From positions 128,001-192,000 of the forward strand of contig JAYPQH010000018.1 in the NCBI GenBank assembly GCA_038131935.1: a DNA stretch of 64,000 bases, written 5' to 3'. This stretch comes from Alphaproteobacteria bacterium. Its GTDB lineage: Bacteria > Pseudomonadota > Alphaproteobacteria > UBA8317. The position numbers were made by a program, and so were the translations under genes. Shown here piece by piece: positions 10,019 through 23,371 of the stretch (its first letter is position 1; each line of letters begins with the position of its first letter). The notes beneath the pieces were generated by a model that saw only the letters and a list, made by a program, of their open reading frames with translations, was not told the DNA's origin and did not search any database.

Positions 10019-10299
10019 ATACGAGTACTTAGGCTTGGAGGGTGGTCCCCCCACGTTCGAACAGGATTTCACGTGTCCCGCCCTACTCTAGGACTCTTGC
10101 ATACCTACCCGTACGGGGCTGTCACCCACTACGGCCAAACTTTCCAGAATGTTCCGGTTCATATGCAAGAGCCACTGGCCTGATCCGCGTTCGCTCGCCA
10201 CTACTAACGGAGTCTCGGTTGATGTCCTTTCCTACGGGTACTGAGATGTTTCACTTCCCCGCGTTTGCTTTTAATGGCCTATGTATTCAGCCAAAAAAT

Positions 10300-10359
10300 A
10301 ACCTTTAACCACATCAGTTAACTTTTCAGTTTCCCAAAAAATTAACCAATGTGAAGGTT
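10300..10359 (-). other. 23S rRNA helix 9 intervening sequence (~60 nt)
   Basis: AU-rich long hairpin AACCTT..CACAT..GTTAA / TTAAC..ATGTG..AAGGTT about 130 nt from the 23S 5' end. Confidence 0.8.
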
Positions 10360-10703
10360 GGGTTCCCCCATTCGGAAATCGTCGGATCAAAACCTGCTCG
10401 CAGTTCCCCGACGCTTATCGCAGCGTGCCACGTCCTTCATCGCCTGTATGTGCCTAGGAATCCCCCAGATGCTCTTAAGACGCTTGATCTTCAGCCGAAC
10501 CGTTGTTGCATAAGCAACAACGTACCCATATCCAGTGGACACGACACAAAGTCGCCCACCAAATAAGGTCGATCTTTTTAAAAGACCAAGATATTTGCAA
10601 TCATATTAACGGTATATAAAGCAAAGCTTCACATAACCTTCATTTCTAAACGATGTCACGAACTCTTTGACCCATTCCTAAAAGAATGGAACACCTATGT
10701 TTA

Positions 10704-10779
10704 TGGTGGAGGCGGACGGGATCGAACCGACGACCTGAAGCTTGCAAAGCTACCGCTCTCCCAACTGAGCTACGCCCCC
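10704..10779 (-). tRNA. tRNA-Ala (TGC)
   Basis: GGGGGCGTAGCTCAG...TTTGCAA...CGCCTCCACCA; G3:U70 identity pair. Confidence 0.96.
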
Positions 10780-10801
10780 AAATAAAAAAGACCGAGGTAC
10801 G

Positions 10802-10878
10802 TGGTGGGCACGGGTAGATTCGAACTACCGACCTTACGATTATCAGTCGTACGCTCTAACCAACTGAGCTACGCGCCC
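10802..10878 (-). tRNA. tRNA-Ile (GAT)
   Basis: GGGCGCGTAGCTCAG...CTGATAA...GTGCCCACCA in the ITS. Confidence 0.97.
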
Positions 10879-11065
10879 GTGTGACGGCAAGGCCCAAACC
10901 CTACCAACCGTACCCTCTAAGCATAAAAAGAGACCCTCTCTTTTCATCATAGGTGTTTGAAATGAATAGACATGAAGACAGCGGGATGCCGTCGGATGCC
11001 AACTTTTCGTTGGCGAATGTCAAGTACAGACATCAGTCAGGCAAGCCTGCCCAATATCATACCTT

Positions 11066-12551
<1,486 letters not shown>

Positions 12552-12697
12552 GATCTTGGCGTATCGCGAAAATATTTTGCGTCGTGAATTACACGTATAC
12601 GTACTCATAAGTACTAACGAGTTCATACAGACATATCTCTCGATACGCTCACAGCATACCGCTGCCTGCATGTCCCTTCATTTCAAAATCATCCAAA

Positions 12698-12710
12698 TTT
12701 TCAAAGAGCA
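12698..12710 (-). promoter_or_regulatory. boxA antitermination element in the rrn leader
   Basis: TGCTCTTTGAAAA on minus strand upstream of 16S. Confidence 0.7.
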
Positions 12711-12792
12711 GATCGTTGCAACGAATCATTGTTGCCCGTTATCTTAATTGTTTGTGATCTGTTCGACACTGATCTGCGTCGGTCAGGGGGTT

Positions 12793-12822
12793 CTTATAGG
12801 GACAGATTGCGGGCCCTGTCAA
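12793..12822 (-). promoter_or_regulatory. Putative sigma70 rRNA promoter
   Basis: TTGACA-N18-TATAAG followed by a C-rich stretch, with an A/T-rich region upstream. Confidence 0.65.
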
Positions 12823-12926
12823 GCACCATTATTTTTTGTAGAAAACATGGAAATAATGGCTTGATCACTCGGTTTTCTTCCTCTTTTCAGATTTCCGATG
12901 AAAAAAAATTAATTTTTTTTTAAAAA

Positions 12927-14735
12927 TTGACTTTGCAACATTACGCTGCCCTTTATATGGCTATTCGCATTGTTGTTTATGTTGTTGATGTTTGTAATAG
13001 GCATTTAGGCTTGATTCACCAGTTTTATCACTTCCTTTCTTTAGCCCTAAGCTTTGCTATTTCGAGGCAATTTTATTTGTTGGGAATTGGCATATTGCTG
13101 GGTGTGGTGGGTACTTTGCTTGTGCGCCCTGTCCACAAGATAGAATCTTCGCGCCCAAATGTTTTGGAAGCATCACAGGCGGACAAAGCCATCATAGGCG
13201 CGACCTCCAAAGCATTAACGTCTGCACCAAACCCAGAACGGCCTCTACCACCAGAACCCTCTGTTCAATTGGGCAACGCAAGTTCATCGGCCTCTCCTTC
13301 CGAGAGCCCGACGATTACACCGAACCTAGCCGATAAAATTCGAGGTGACCTTCCACAATCCATCAAAGAGAGTCATGCCGCTGTTCCACTCCAGCAAGGG
13401 ATGCCACCGAGTCAATCAACATCTTCTAATACCCCGACCATGGGCAACGAATCATCAAGTCCAAGCAACGATACCCTTGCCCTTATTCAGCCTGACATAT
13501 TGTATCCGCGCGAACATGATCCCTCAAAAGACAGAGAAAGCGACGCAAAACGCATTACGTTACGGTTTGCCAAGGGGGACACACTCGCAAGCCTTCTTCG
13601 TTCGCTGCAATTGGCACCAAGAACCCAGCAGGCCCTGATTGAAGAGCTCAACAAATACACTCCACCGAATCAATACCAAATTGGCGATAGTTTTGACATC
13701 ACCCTTAGCAATGACAAAGGTGCGGATGGCTTTGTCGCATTGGTGGGCTTGGTTTTCCCCAAAACAAAACTCGAATCAATTGTGGTCGAACCCCAAGGAT
13801 CTGAGTTCACGTCATATTTGGAATATCAAGAATTGATAACGGAACGTCGCTTACTGCATGGCACCATTGAGGGATCTATATGGCAGGTAAGTGAAAAATT
13901 TTCAGTGCCAGATGACGTCCGCTCCCAAGTCATTTCCTTACTTTCATACGGCCTTGACCTCCAACGTGAGATCCATACTGGTGATGAACTTGAGGTCATT
14001 TATGACATCCAGCGAACAAAAAACGGCGATATTGTTTCGAGCAATTACGTTCATTATGTGGGTTTGCGGCAGGCTGATCGTACCAAGCGCTATTTTAGAT
14101 TTCGAACCCAAGACGGTGTTATTGAATATTTTGATGAACAAGCGCGTTCTTTGAAAGCACTTTTGATGCGCACGCCAATTGATGGGGCTCGACTCAGCTC
14201 GCATTTTGGAAAACGCAAGCACCCTATTTTAGGATACACCAAAATGCATAAGGGCACGGACTTTGCTGCCCCAAAGGGTACAAAAATTTATGCCGCTGGT
14301 GACGGCACCATAACACGAGCTGGTTGGTCAGCCAGCTATGGAAACGTCATCAAAATCAAACATCGCGATGGTTATGAAACGCTCTATGCTCATATGTCAA
14401 AATTTGCCCGAGGTATCAGAACTGGTCGTCGCGTCAGTCAGGGTCAAGTCATAGGCTATGTGGGCTCAACGGGACGTTCATCAGGCCCCCATCTACATTA
14501 TGAGGTCATTGCAAAGGGCCGGCATGTGAACCCCATGAAGCTTAACCTGCCCACTGGTGCCAAACTTAATCAGAACGAAGAAAACCAGTTTGCTCAACTT
14601 GTTGAAAAGGTTGATCAACTGTACAGCTCCTATGCACAGAAAAATACCTCTCTCACACTTGATGACCAAAGCGTTAACATGGTTGCAACCTTGATGGATG
14701 CCCCCATCCCCACACCACGCCCCGCTCCTCAATAA
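12927..14735 (+). CDS. M23 family murein DD-endopeptidase (MepM-like); start uncertain
   Basis: TM segment, Pro/Ser-rich linker, GDTL repeat, RKHPILGYTKMHKGTDFAAP, YAHM, TGRSSGPHLHYEV. Confidence 0.9.
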   Translation: MTLQHYAALYMAIRIVVYVVDVCNRHLGLIHQFYHFLSLALSFAISRQFYLLGIGILLGVVGTLLVRPVHKIESSRPNVLEASQADKAIIGATSKALTSAPNPERPLPPEPSVQLGNASSSASPSESPTITPNLADKIRGDLPQSIKESHAAVPLQQGMPPSQSTSSNTPTMGNESSSPSNDTLALIQPDILYPREHDPSKDRESDAKRITLRFAKGDTLASLLRSLQLAPRTQQALIEELNKYTPPNQYQIGDSFDITLSNDKGADGFVALVGLVFPKTKLESIVVEPQGSEFTSYLEYQELITERRLLHGTIEGSIWQVSEKFSVPDDVRSQVISLLSYGLDLQREIHTGDELEVIYDIQRTKNGDIVSSNYVHYVGLRQADRTKRYFRFRTQDGVIEYFDEQARSLKALLMRTPIDGARLSSHFGKRKHPILGYTKMHKGTDFAAPKGTKIYAAGDGTITRAGWSASYGNVIKIKHRDGYETLYAHMSKFARGIRTGRRVSQGQVIGYVGSTGRSSGPHLHYEVIAKGRHVNPMKLNLPTGAKLNQNEENQFAQLVEKVDQLYSSYAQKNTSLTLDDQSVNMVATLMDAPIPTPRPAPQ

Positions 14736-14975
14736 AAAGAAAAAGTGCACACACTATTTGAACTTTTTGCGTCTGCACCCAAAGCGCTGCAGAAACCCAA
14801 AGGACGCGATCCCAACTTAAGGCCACAACCCTCAAACTTCGCAAATGACAAACAATGATCATTTCCACAAAATGTTGGCATTCAAAAATGCAGCATTGTG
14901 ATTCACATTCTTGCTGATCCAAATCAATTGGGGATGCCCATGATGGGGGTAATTTTTTAAATCGGCGTTTGGATA

Positions 14976-15290
14976 TCAAGAATCCTTCTTACCAGGCGAC
15001 ATCGAAGATGCCTTTCGCCGGCGAGGAGCACTGATCCCAAAACGTTTGCGCAACCCTGGCAGTGTCTTGCGCAAAAAACCTTTTATCCAACCTAGAGAAA
15101 TTGGGTATGTTCTGGTGAGTTTGATAAATCTTCGTCGCACCCAAAAAGAATGACTGAGCAACAAGACCAATCCTGTAATGGCCATGGGCGCACCAAAACC
15201 AAACGGCCAAGGAAGGGGTGTAATCACCAAGCCAACGACCAAGAGAAACCAACCAACAATCAACAAAACATATTTGCGCGGCGTGCCCAT
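14976..15290 (-). CDS. Small membrane protein (PGPGW-domain-like)
   Basis: Two TM helices joined by TPLPWPFGFG, basic C-terminus. Confidence 0.65.
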   Translation of the reverse strand: MGTPRKYVLLIVGWFLLVVGLVITPLPWPFGFGAPMAITGLVLLLSHSFWVRRRFIKLTRTYPISLGWIKGFLRKTLPGLRKRFGISAPRRRKASSMSPGKKDS

Positions 15291-15465
15291 CAGACTCCAA
15301 ACGAATGGCCAGAGATTACCTTTAATTTATGGGAAATTGTTGTTTCACACTCCGCCCCCTCTTGCCTAGCCCCTTTTGATGAAAATCTTTACGAGGGCCA
15401 AAACAAGGGGCGCAGCTTGGGTGCGGAAAGATCATACAAACCCTTACCCCAAACTGCGCATGTTT

Positions 15466-18019
15466 TTATGAGCTTATATGCAGCTGCAATCCCTGCTCGC
15501 CGGCATCAATACGTATCGTATGCCCTACCATGTCCTGGTCAGAGAGTATCATTTCCGACAGCGGATTTTCCAATTGCTTCTGAATGACCCTCTTTAAAGG
15601 GCGTGCACCATAAACTGGGTCATACCCCTGCTTGGCCAACCAAGAAATGGCCATTGGTGCAAACTCTACATTTATACCCATGTCAGACAAACGTGATTCC
15701 ATGCTTGCCAATTGTACTTTTACAATATCGGCCATGACGTGTTCAGCCAACCTATCGAACACCAAAATTTCATCAAGTCGGTTGAGAAATTCTGGCCGGA
15801 AATGCTGGCGCACAACCTGCATGATCTGCTCTTTTGACATATCATCTGCATGATCACCAATAAATTCTGAGCCCAAATTGGACGTCATGATGATAATGCA
15901 ATTACGGAAATCAACCGTTCGCCCTTGCCCGTCCAGGAGGCGCCCTCGTCAGAACTTGCAGGAGGATATGAAGAAAGCTATCTGGATGCGCTTTTTCGAT
16001 TTCATCGAACAATACAACCTGATAGGGCCGACGACGCACGGCTTCGGTTAATACCCCGCCTTCCTCATAACCAACATAACCTGGAGGAGCTCCGATGAGC
16101 CGCGCCACGGCATGCTTTTCCATATACTCACTCATATCGATGCGCACCATGGCTTGAGCATCATCAAACAGAAACCGCGCCAAAGCTTTGGTCAGTTCTG
16201 TTTTGCCGACCCCAGTAGGACCCAAAAACATAAAAGAGCCAAGCGGACGATTGGGGTCCTGCAAACCAGCGCGTGCCCTACGCACCGCTTGTGAAACGGC
16301 TTTCAACGCAGCTGGTTGACCTACAACATAACGCTCCAGCTCACGTTCCATTCGCAATAATTTCTGCTTCTCACCTTCCAGCATGCGTTCTACGGGGATT
16401 CCTGTCCAACGCGCGACCACGGTAGCAACATCTTCTGCAGTTACGGCATCAGATGGTGTTTCCGCGCCTTGCGTTGCCAACTTGGCCTCTAGGTCGGGTA
16501 TGGTTGCATAGGCAAGTTCACCCGCACGCGCCAGATCCCCTTGCCGCTGCGCTTGTTCGAGTTGAATGCGGGCCTGCTCCAGCGCTTCTTTTAGGGAGGT
16601 GGCCGCTTGTAAAGATTGCTTTTCTTGCATCCATTGCGCGGTCAAGCCACGAGAGCGCTCTTCCAAATTCGCAATCTCCTCAGCCAATTTACCCAATCGC
16701 TCTTTGGACAATGTGTCTTGCTCTTTTTTTAAGGCCTCTTGCTCAATTTTTCTTTGAATTAAGCGTCGGTCTAGTTCGTCCAGTTCTTCAGGCTTAGAAT
16801 CAACCCGCATCCGCAGACGCGCCGCAGCTTCATCCATCAAATCAATAGCTTTGTCTGGCAAAAACCTATCGGTGATGTAACGATGGGATAATGTTGCCGC
16901 CGCGACCAAGGCCGCATCAGAGATACGCACACCATGATGCAACTCATATTTTTCTTTCAAGCCCCGCAAAATGGAAACGCTATCCTCAACATTAGGTTCT
17001 TTCACAAAAACAGCTTGAAACCTTCGGGCAAGGGCAGCGTCTTTTTCAACATATTTGCGGTATTCATCCAACGTGGTGGCACCAATACAATGCAATTCCC
17101 CACGCGCGAGGGATGGTTTAAGTAGATTTGACGCATCCATGGCGCCGTCACTTTTCCCAGCCCCAACGAGGGTATGCATTTCATCAATAAACAAAATGAT
17201 TTCACCATCCTCTGCGACTTCTTTGAGGAGCATTTTCAAACGCTCTTCAAACTCACCACGATATTTGGCGCCTGCGATCAACGCCCCCATATCCAAGGCC
17301 AACAATCTTTTGTTGGCAAGCGATTCAGGGACGTCTTGATTGACGATTCGGGCCGCCAACCCCTCTGCGATAGCTGTCTTACCAACGCCAGGCTCACCAA
17401 TGAGAACAGGGTTGTTCTTTGTTCGACGTGACAGCACCTGCATAGCCCGACGAATTTCATCATCCCGCCCAATAACGGGGTCTAATTTCCCATCACGAGC
17501 CGTAGCTGTCAGATCACGGCAATATTTCTCGAGCGCTTGATGGTTTGCCTCAGCGGTTTCTGAATCAATGGAACGACCTTTCCGAGCCGTTTCCATCACC
17601 GATCGAATATGTGCCTCATCTAAGCCCAAAGATATTAATCCTTCACGCAATGAAGGTTCTGCTTTCACACAAAGCGACAAAAACAACTGATCAATCGCTA
17701 CATATTGATCATGATTCTTTTGGGCTTCTTGCTGAGCATGCTCCATTACCCGAGCTGTGCTGGCATGAATATATAGCTGTCCCTGACCACCCTCAACCTG
17801 AGGAAGCTTGCTCAACCGTTGATCAAACAGAGTTTCCCACGCTGTCACATCAAGGTTCAGCGCTTTCATCCATGATTGTGTGGAAGGATCTGTGCTTCGT
17901 GCATAGGCCAGCCCGATATGGTCGGCTGTCCATTGTTGATGACCCCTTGCTAGGGCCAGATGTTGTGCTTCACCCAACAAAGTGCGGGCGCTTTGAGTCC
18001 ATGCGTCTTGTTTCATCAT
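15466..18019 (-). CDS. clpB: ATP-dependent disaggregase ClpB (frameshifted around 15920-15985, probable sequence error)
   Basis: GEPGVGKT, middle coiled coil, [18 protein letters not shown]; C-terminal TSNLGS...[10 protein letters not shown]...YGARPLKR in another frame. Confidence 0.95.
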
Positions 18020-18176
18020 ATTTCTCCAGCTCGTCGAGCACCCACTCCAAAGACATGGGGGCTCTTGCCAAGTACCAATTGATGACAGTGATTTTTTGGA
18101 TGGATAAAGGCCCCAATCGGCAACCCTTTTCATCGATGTGCAAAACCGCACCAACCATTGTACATCTTATGATAGT

Positions 18177-18206
18177 GATGTGGGAAATCTGATCGCTTGT
18201 TACAAG
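18177..18206 (-). promoter_or_regulatory. Possible RpoH (sigma32) promoter of clpB
   Basis: CTTGTA-N16-CCCACATC about 160 nt upstream of the clpB start. Confidence 0.4.
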
Positions 18207-18261
18207 ACCTCTTCATCTTCCCTTCTACGAGAAAACCGACGTTCCTGCATAAATGGCGATG

Positions 18262-18296
18262 ATCAAGCGCAAGTGATGTAATCACCTACGCTTGAT
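18262..18296 (-). terminator. 16-bp hairpin downstream of the DUF4167 gene
   Basis: ATCAAGCGTAGGTGAT-tac-ATCACTTGCGCTTGAT; no clear U-tract. Confidence 0.45.
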
Positions 18297-18360
18297 AAGA
18301 GGGCAAGCATCTGGTCTTGAGCTTACAATTGTGAGCGTGAACCTAGGGAATGTTCTTATG

Positions 18361-19026
18361 TTACTCCCCGGCAGGCACCAGAATCTGCGGTTGCTCCATA
18401 GCAGATGGGTCTAACTCTGGCTTTTTCTTTGGCGGCCTACCACGACGCTTTGGCGTTGTTTTTACCACTTCCTCAGCTAGCGATTTGTCCTGAGATGCTG
18501 TGGAGGGTTGCACGGCTTCTTTTTCGCCATCAACAGCTTCAACCTCATCACTTTGTGCCGTTACAGATGCAGCTGTTGTAGAAGGCTGTTGTTGATCATC
18601 AGTTTGTTCGGGAGCTTGTGCCGTTGCAGCATCGTGAGGCTCAACTTCTGCTTGAAGACCATCTTTGCTGGGGTCATTTTCATCGACAGCGAGATCGTCT
18701 GCAGGGGTGTCTTTTGCTTCTTGAGCTTGGCGAGCCAATCTTTCTTCTTCACGAGCCGACTGCTCTGCTTGAATTTGCTCCTGCATCAGGTTCAACAAAC
18801 GCTGATAATGCTCTGCATGTTGAAGGTAATTTTCTGCCATCACACGGTCACCCGCTGACTGCGCATCACGCGCTAAGGTTTGGTATTTTTCCAAAACCTG
18901 TGCTGCTGTACCGCGGACCTTCATGTCAGGACCATTACTTTCATAAACCCGGTTGGGTGAGAAACCTTGGTTTGGTTTGTTACGGCCGCGTCCGCGCTGC
19001 CGCCTATTGTTATGCATTGGTTTCAT
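18361..19026 (-). CDS. DUF4167 domain protein
   Basis: YESNGPDMKVRGTAAQVLEKYQTLARDAQSAGDRVMAENYLQHAEHY; acidic tail with KRRGRP; prmC-DUF4167-clpB synteny. Confidence 0.9.
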   Translation of the reverse strand: MKPMHNNRRQRGRGRNKPNQGFSPNRVYESNGPDMKVRGTAAQVLEKYQTLARDAQSAGDRVMAENYLQHAEHYQRLLNLMQEQIQAEQSAREEERLARQAQEAKDTPADDLAVDENDPSKDGLQAEVEPHDAATAQAPEQTDDQQQPSTTAASVTAQSDEVEAVDGEKEAVQPSTASQDKSLAEEVVKTTPKRRGRPPKKKPELDPSAMEQPQILVPAGE

Positions 19027-19309
19027 GAGCTTTTCACTTAGCCTATATTAATAAGAAATCTGTGTGGCTTGGGTATTTTTACAAAAAACCGGAACCACAA
19101 GATCCGCGCCCAGCAGTTTGGGTCGAATCCAGACACAATTTTCCCTAAATCGGGTTATCCCTAAATCGGGGTCGTATATCGCGAGAAGTAGGTGCTTTGG
19201 GGGCAAACTATGCCCAAGTCCCTCGCTGATCAACATTGTGTATTTTCGTACGCCAACATCCTCAGGTCAAGTCCTTCTTGCAGCGTCCATCCTGAAATAG
19301 ACACGACAG

Positions 19310-20161
19310 TTATGCCATAGGAAAGAATTCATTTCCATGCAAGCCCCAACGGCCCATTAAGGCACGTTGGTGCCCTGCGCCATCATGTAATATATCGACC
19401 CCGTTACATCCTGCTTGCATCATCAGCTGACGGACAGCTTGGGCTTGAAGATGGCCACATTCAAACACAACGTAAGAAGATGGCTTCAAAAACACGGGCA
19501 ATGTTGCCAAAATCTCAACAAAGGCTTCCATTCCTTGCTGTTCAGCAAAAAGCGCATGCGCTGGTTCATAATGCTTTGCCCGCCACTCTACCTCCTCATC
19601 ATCATGAGCAATGTAGGGGGGATTGCATAAGACAAGATCGAACGTCCCAGACACATTTGTTAACCAATGGCTCTCAACAAAAGATGCACGATCGGTAAGC
19701 TGAAGAGCTTTCGCGTTACGATAAGCCAATGCGCAAGCACCCGGATCAATATCCACCCCCAAACTCTTTGCTTGTGGGAAATGCCTAAGCGCAGACAACA
19801 ACAGCACACCACTGCCAGTCCCTAAGTCAAGAATATGTGCCGGATGATCCCTCTCCCCCCATTGCTGCAAAAGGGTTGCCATCCACCATTCTGTATCAGA
19901 CCGGGGCACCAAAACATCTTTCGAAACCTGGTAGCTACAATCAAGAAAGTCGACATAACCTAGAATATAGGCCAACGGCTCTCCCTGAGCCAAGCGCTCT
20001 ATTTTTGACGTGATGGGCGCCCATTCAACAGTTGAGATCTCTTTTCCTATAAGGTGAGCACGCGAACATTCCCAGACATCACAGAGTAAAAACCAATATT
20101 CCTGCTCTGAAAGGTCAGGATGGTTTTTTTTGAGCGTACGCCAATAAGCCTCTGGGGTCAC
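19310..20161 (-). CDS. prmC: Release factor glutamine methyltransferase
   Basis: [30 protein letters not shown]. Confidence 0.95.
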   Translation of the reverse strand: MTPEAYWRTLKKNHPDLSEQEYWFLLCDVWECSRAHLIGKEISTVEWAPITSKIERLAQGEPLAYILGYVDFLDCSYQVSKDVLVPRSDTEWWMATLLQQWGERDHPAHILDLGTGSGVLLLSALRHFPQAKSLGVDIDPGACALAYRNAKALQLTDRASFVESHWLTNVSGTFDLVLCNPPYIAHDDEEVEWRAKHYEPAHALFAEQQGMEAFVEILATLPVFLKPSSYVVFECGHLQAQAVRQLMMQAGCNGVDILHDGAGHQRALMGRWGLHGNEFFPMA

Positions 20162-21229
20162 ATTTTTTCATCCGCAGCCAAGCGGGCTGCATCATCGGCA
20201 GCCAGTAGTGGGCGAACAACATCATCAAGTTCATCCCCAGCTATAACACGGTCCAACTTATAAAGGGTTAGATTGATCCGATGGTCCGTTACCCGTCCTT
20301 GTGGAAAGTTATAGGTTCGGATTCGTTCAGAACGGTCCCCTGACCCCACCTGACCTTTGCGGGTGGCAGCACGTTCGGCATCTATCTTCTGTCGCGTGAT
20401 ATCATAAAGACGCGCGCGTAAAATCTTCAGGGCTTTATCTTTGTTGCGATGCTGTGATTTTTCGTCTTGTTGCACCACCGCAATGCCTGAGGGGATATGG
20501 GTAATACGTACCGCAGAATCCGTCGTGTTCACATGCTGCCCCCGCACCCTGTGCACGAAAAACATCAATCCTCAATTCATGCATGGGCAAATCAATATCT
20601 ACCTCTTCCGCCTCAGGTAGGACAGCAACAGTTGCAGCAGAGGTATGGATGCGGCCTCCGGATTCTGTCTCTGGAACCCTTTGAACCCGATGCACACCAG
20701 ATTCAAACTTTAAATAACGAAAAGCCTCGCCCCCAGAAAGCTGCAGAGAGGCTTCCTTTACACCGCCTAAATCTGTTGCTGATACCGCCAAGACCTCTGC
20801 TTGCCATCCTTTCACGTCCGCATAGCGCAGATACATTCGCATGAGGTTTCCCGCAAAAAGCGCGGCCTCCTCGCCACCTGTTCCTGCACGAATTTCCACA
20901 ATGGCATTGCGGTCATCTGCCTCGTCTCGTGGCACAAGGGCGTCACGGACAACGTCCACCATCTGCTCAAGGCGTTGTTGACTTAAGCGCAAATCCTCAC
21001 GAGCCATGGCCCTCAAGTCAGGATCCTCATCCTCCAGCATGCTGGTAAGTTCCTCGACTTCCTTCTGTATGGACAAGTAATCCTTTATGGAGCCCACAAC
21101 AGGATCAAGACGTGCATACTCACGGGAGGCCTTGGTCAAAGCATCAGCAGGCATATCCCCTGAAGCCATCTGTGCTTCTAATTCTTCGTGCCTTTCAATG
21201 ATGACTGCCAAACGCTGTGGATCAATCAC
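20158..21229 (-). CDS. prfA: Peptide chain release factor 1 (apparent 2-nt deletion in the G-run of GGQ, ~20539-20543)
   Basis: [24 protein letters not shown] (PxT), GAG[G][17 protein letters not shown]; GTG start overlapping the ispG stop. Confidence 0.95.
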
Positions 21230-22343
21230 ATTTGGTCTCCGCAAGACGTGCTTGTCGGCGCAGTTCAGCCTTGACCTCAACCTCTTCAACCAATCTTTTG
21301 ACCATGTCATCGTTGGCAAGCTTCTGGATTTGAGACCCATCAAGATACAACATACCCGCACCCGCATTCCCGCCAGTAAAGCCGACATCCGTCTCACGCG
21401 CTTCACCAGGGCCATTCACCACACAACCAATCACAGAGAGGGTGATCGGCTCTTGTATATGCGCCAAGGCTTCTTCCAAACGCCCTACGGTTCCGATCAC
21501 ATCAAAACCCTGACGGGCGCATGAAGGACAAGAAATAATATTGACACCACGATGACGCAAACCCAATGATTTAAGGATTTCAAAGCCCACACGAACCTCT
21601 TCAACAGGATCTGCAGAGAGCGATACCCGCAAGGTATCGCCAATTCCAGCCCATAAGAGATTGCCCAACCCTATGGCAGACTTGACCGTACCTGGTCGAA
21701 ATGCACCGGCCTCCGTAACACCCAAATGCAAGGGATAATCACAAACTTCCGCCAATTGCATATAAGCAGCCACCGCGAGAAACACGTCAGATGCTTTCGC
21801 TGAAATCTTGAATTCAAAGAAATCCTCATCCTCCAAGAACTTTGCGTGCTCCAAAGCCGAGGCGACCATCGCCTCTGGGCAAGGTTCCCCATATTGTTCC
21901 AGAAGATGTTTTTCCAACGATCCCGCATTCACCCCAATGCGCATGGCACATTGGTGATCCCGCGCCGCTTTCACGACCTCTGATACGCGCTCGCGTGACC
22001 CAATATTCCCAGGGTTGATGCGCAAGCAAGCGGCCCCTGCCTCTGCAGCTTCGATGGCCCTACGGTAATGAAAATGGATATCTGCCACGATGGGGACATC
22101 AACATTCTTAATGATTTCTTTTAACGCCTTTGTATCCTCGACCTCAGGTACCGACACCCGAACAATATCAGCACCAGCTTCTTGCAACCGAAGGATCTGC
22201 TCGATGGTCTGCTTTGCGTCCCTGGTGGGCGTATTGGTCATAGACTGGACCGATATAGGGGCATCCCCACCAACAGGGACGGATCCCACCATTATCTTAC
22301 GGCATGTCCGACGCATAATATCACGATACGGGCGGATGCTCAT
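21222..22343 (-). CDS. ispG: HMBPP synthase
   Basis: [45 protein letters not shown]. Confidence 0.97.
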   Translation of the reverse strand: MSIRPYRDIMRRTCRKIMVGSVPVGGDAPISVQSMTNTPTRDAKQTIEQILRLQEAGADIVRVSVPEVEDTKALKEIIKNVDVPIVADIHFHYRRAIEAAEAGAACLRINPGNIGSRERVSEVVKAARDHQCAMRIGVNAGSLEKHLLEQYGEPCPEAMVASALEHAKFLEDEDFFEFKISAKASDVFLAVAAYMQLAEVCDYPLHLGVTEAGAFRPGTVKSAIGLGNLLWAGIGDTLRVSLSADPVEEVRVGFEILKSLGLRHRGVNIISCPSCARQGFDVIGTVGRLEEALAHIQEPITLSVIGCVVNGPGEARETDVGFTGGNAGAGMLYLDGSQIQKLANDDMVKRLVEEVEVKAELRRQARLAETKCD

Positions 22344-23371
22344 GAATTGTTCTCCCATCTTTCCAACAAGATGTTGCGGTCCAATGGCAATTTTTGCAAC
22401 ACCTCACCCCTTGCACCGATTTGTTCAAGCTGCTGAGGGCCAATCTGTACACCTACCCCACCGGCATTACCCACCGTCAATGTGTAACCAATACCATCAC
22501 CAATATCGACCTGTGTTCCAGGAGCCAAAACCTCTTCCCGGAATATTTGACCATCTTTTTCAATGCTCACCCATACCCGGCTACGGGCAATCAAAATGAC
22601 CGGTTCCAAACGCGCTGCATTCATCGCAAGGGCTTGTTCTTCAGCCGCCAACAATGCGGTTAGCGCCGCCGACGCCAGTTGCTCATCTGTAGGCCTCGGC
22701 AACGGACTTGCCATGTTAAAACGCCACCATTCAGGTAAAGGTGCTGGCTCACGATCCACCTCAACCACAACAATCTTCTCCATGGGCATGGGGGGTAAAG
22801 GGTCATCCTCATAAGCAAGACTATCTGTAAAACCTATCAAGGCCTGCTCTTCACGTTGCTCAGCTTCGCGGATCTCAAGCGCGGTATCGACCTCTTCGAT
22901 CGTTTCCTGAACTTTTTCTGGCAAACGGACAACATCAACATCGGCGTCATCCTGACGGGACATAAAAATTGTAACCATGCCCACAACAAGCACAATCGCA
23001 AGCCCCAGCCCCACTGACATCCAAGCTGGACGTTCTGTTTCCAGCACTGGCTCTTGCACCTGCAACATGACCTCCGGTGCGGGAGCATCCAACAAACGTC
23101 GAATGTCATCAACCAGCGGTTGCGCCTCTATTCCCAGCAACCGCGCGAGGGAACGTGTCGCCGAAAATGCAAAGGCTTGATCTGGAAGCGCACCCAAATC
23201 TTCACGCTCCAATGCCTGAACAAAAGGCTCTCTGATCCGCAATACTTTTGAAATATCAGATACGGTCAACCCTGCCGACAAACGCGCCTCTGCAAGCCGC
23301 CGACCAAAACCTAATGGCCCAGTAGGTTGGTTATCTTCAATATCGGGCATGCTTTGATCTTGTTCGTTCAT
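22340..23371 (-). CDS. rodZ: RodZ-like protein (HTH, TM, DUF4115)
   Basis: N-terminal HTH, single TM, C-terminal VGNAGGV...IGARGEV; upstream of ispG. Confidence 0.82.
   Translation of the reverse strand: MNEQDQSMPDIEDNQPTGPLGFGRRLAEARLSAGLTVSDISKVLRIREPFVQALEREDLGALPDQAFAFSATRSLARLLGIEAQPLVDDIRRLLDAPAPEVMLQVQEPVLETERPAWMSVGLGLAIVLVVGMVTIFMSRQDDADVDVVRLPEKVQETIEEVDTALEIREAEQREEQALIGFTDSLAYEDDPLPPMPMEKIVVVEVDREPAPLPEWWRFNMASPLPRPTDEQLASAALTALLAAEEQALAMNAARLEPVILIARSRVWVSIEKDGQIFREEVLAPGTQVDIGDGIGYTLTVGNAGGVGVQIGPQQLEQIGARGEVLQKLPLDRNILLERWENNS

Noticed and set aside
10704-10779. U-U mismatch in the tRNA-Ala anticodon stem
   Set aside because: A single tolerated mismatch; the cloverleaf and G3:U70 are intact
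20531-20550. Programmed frameshift in the release factor gene
   Set aside because: Gene is RF1 (PxT motif), not RF2. The break is a shortened G-run in GGQ, not the early CTT-TGA site of prfB
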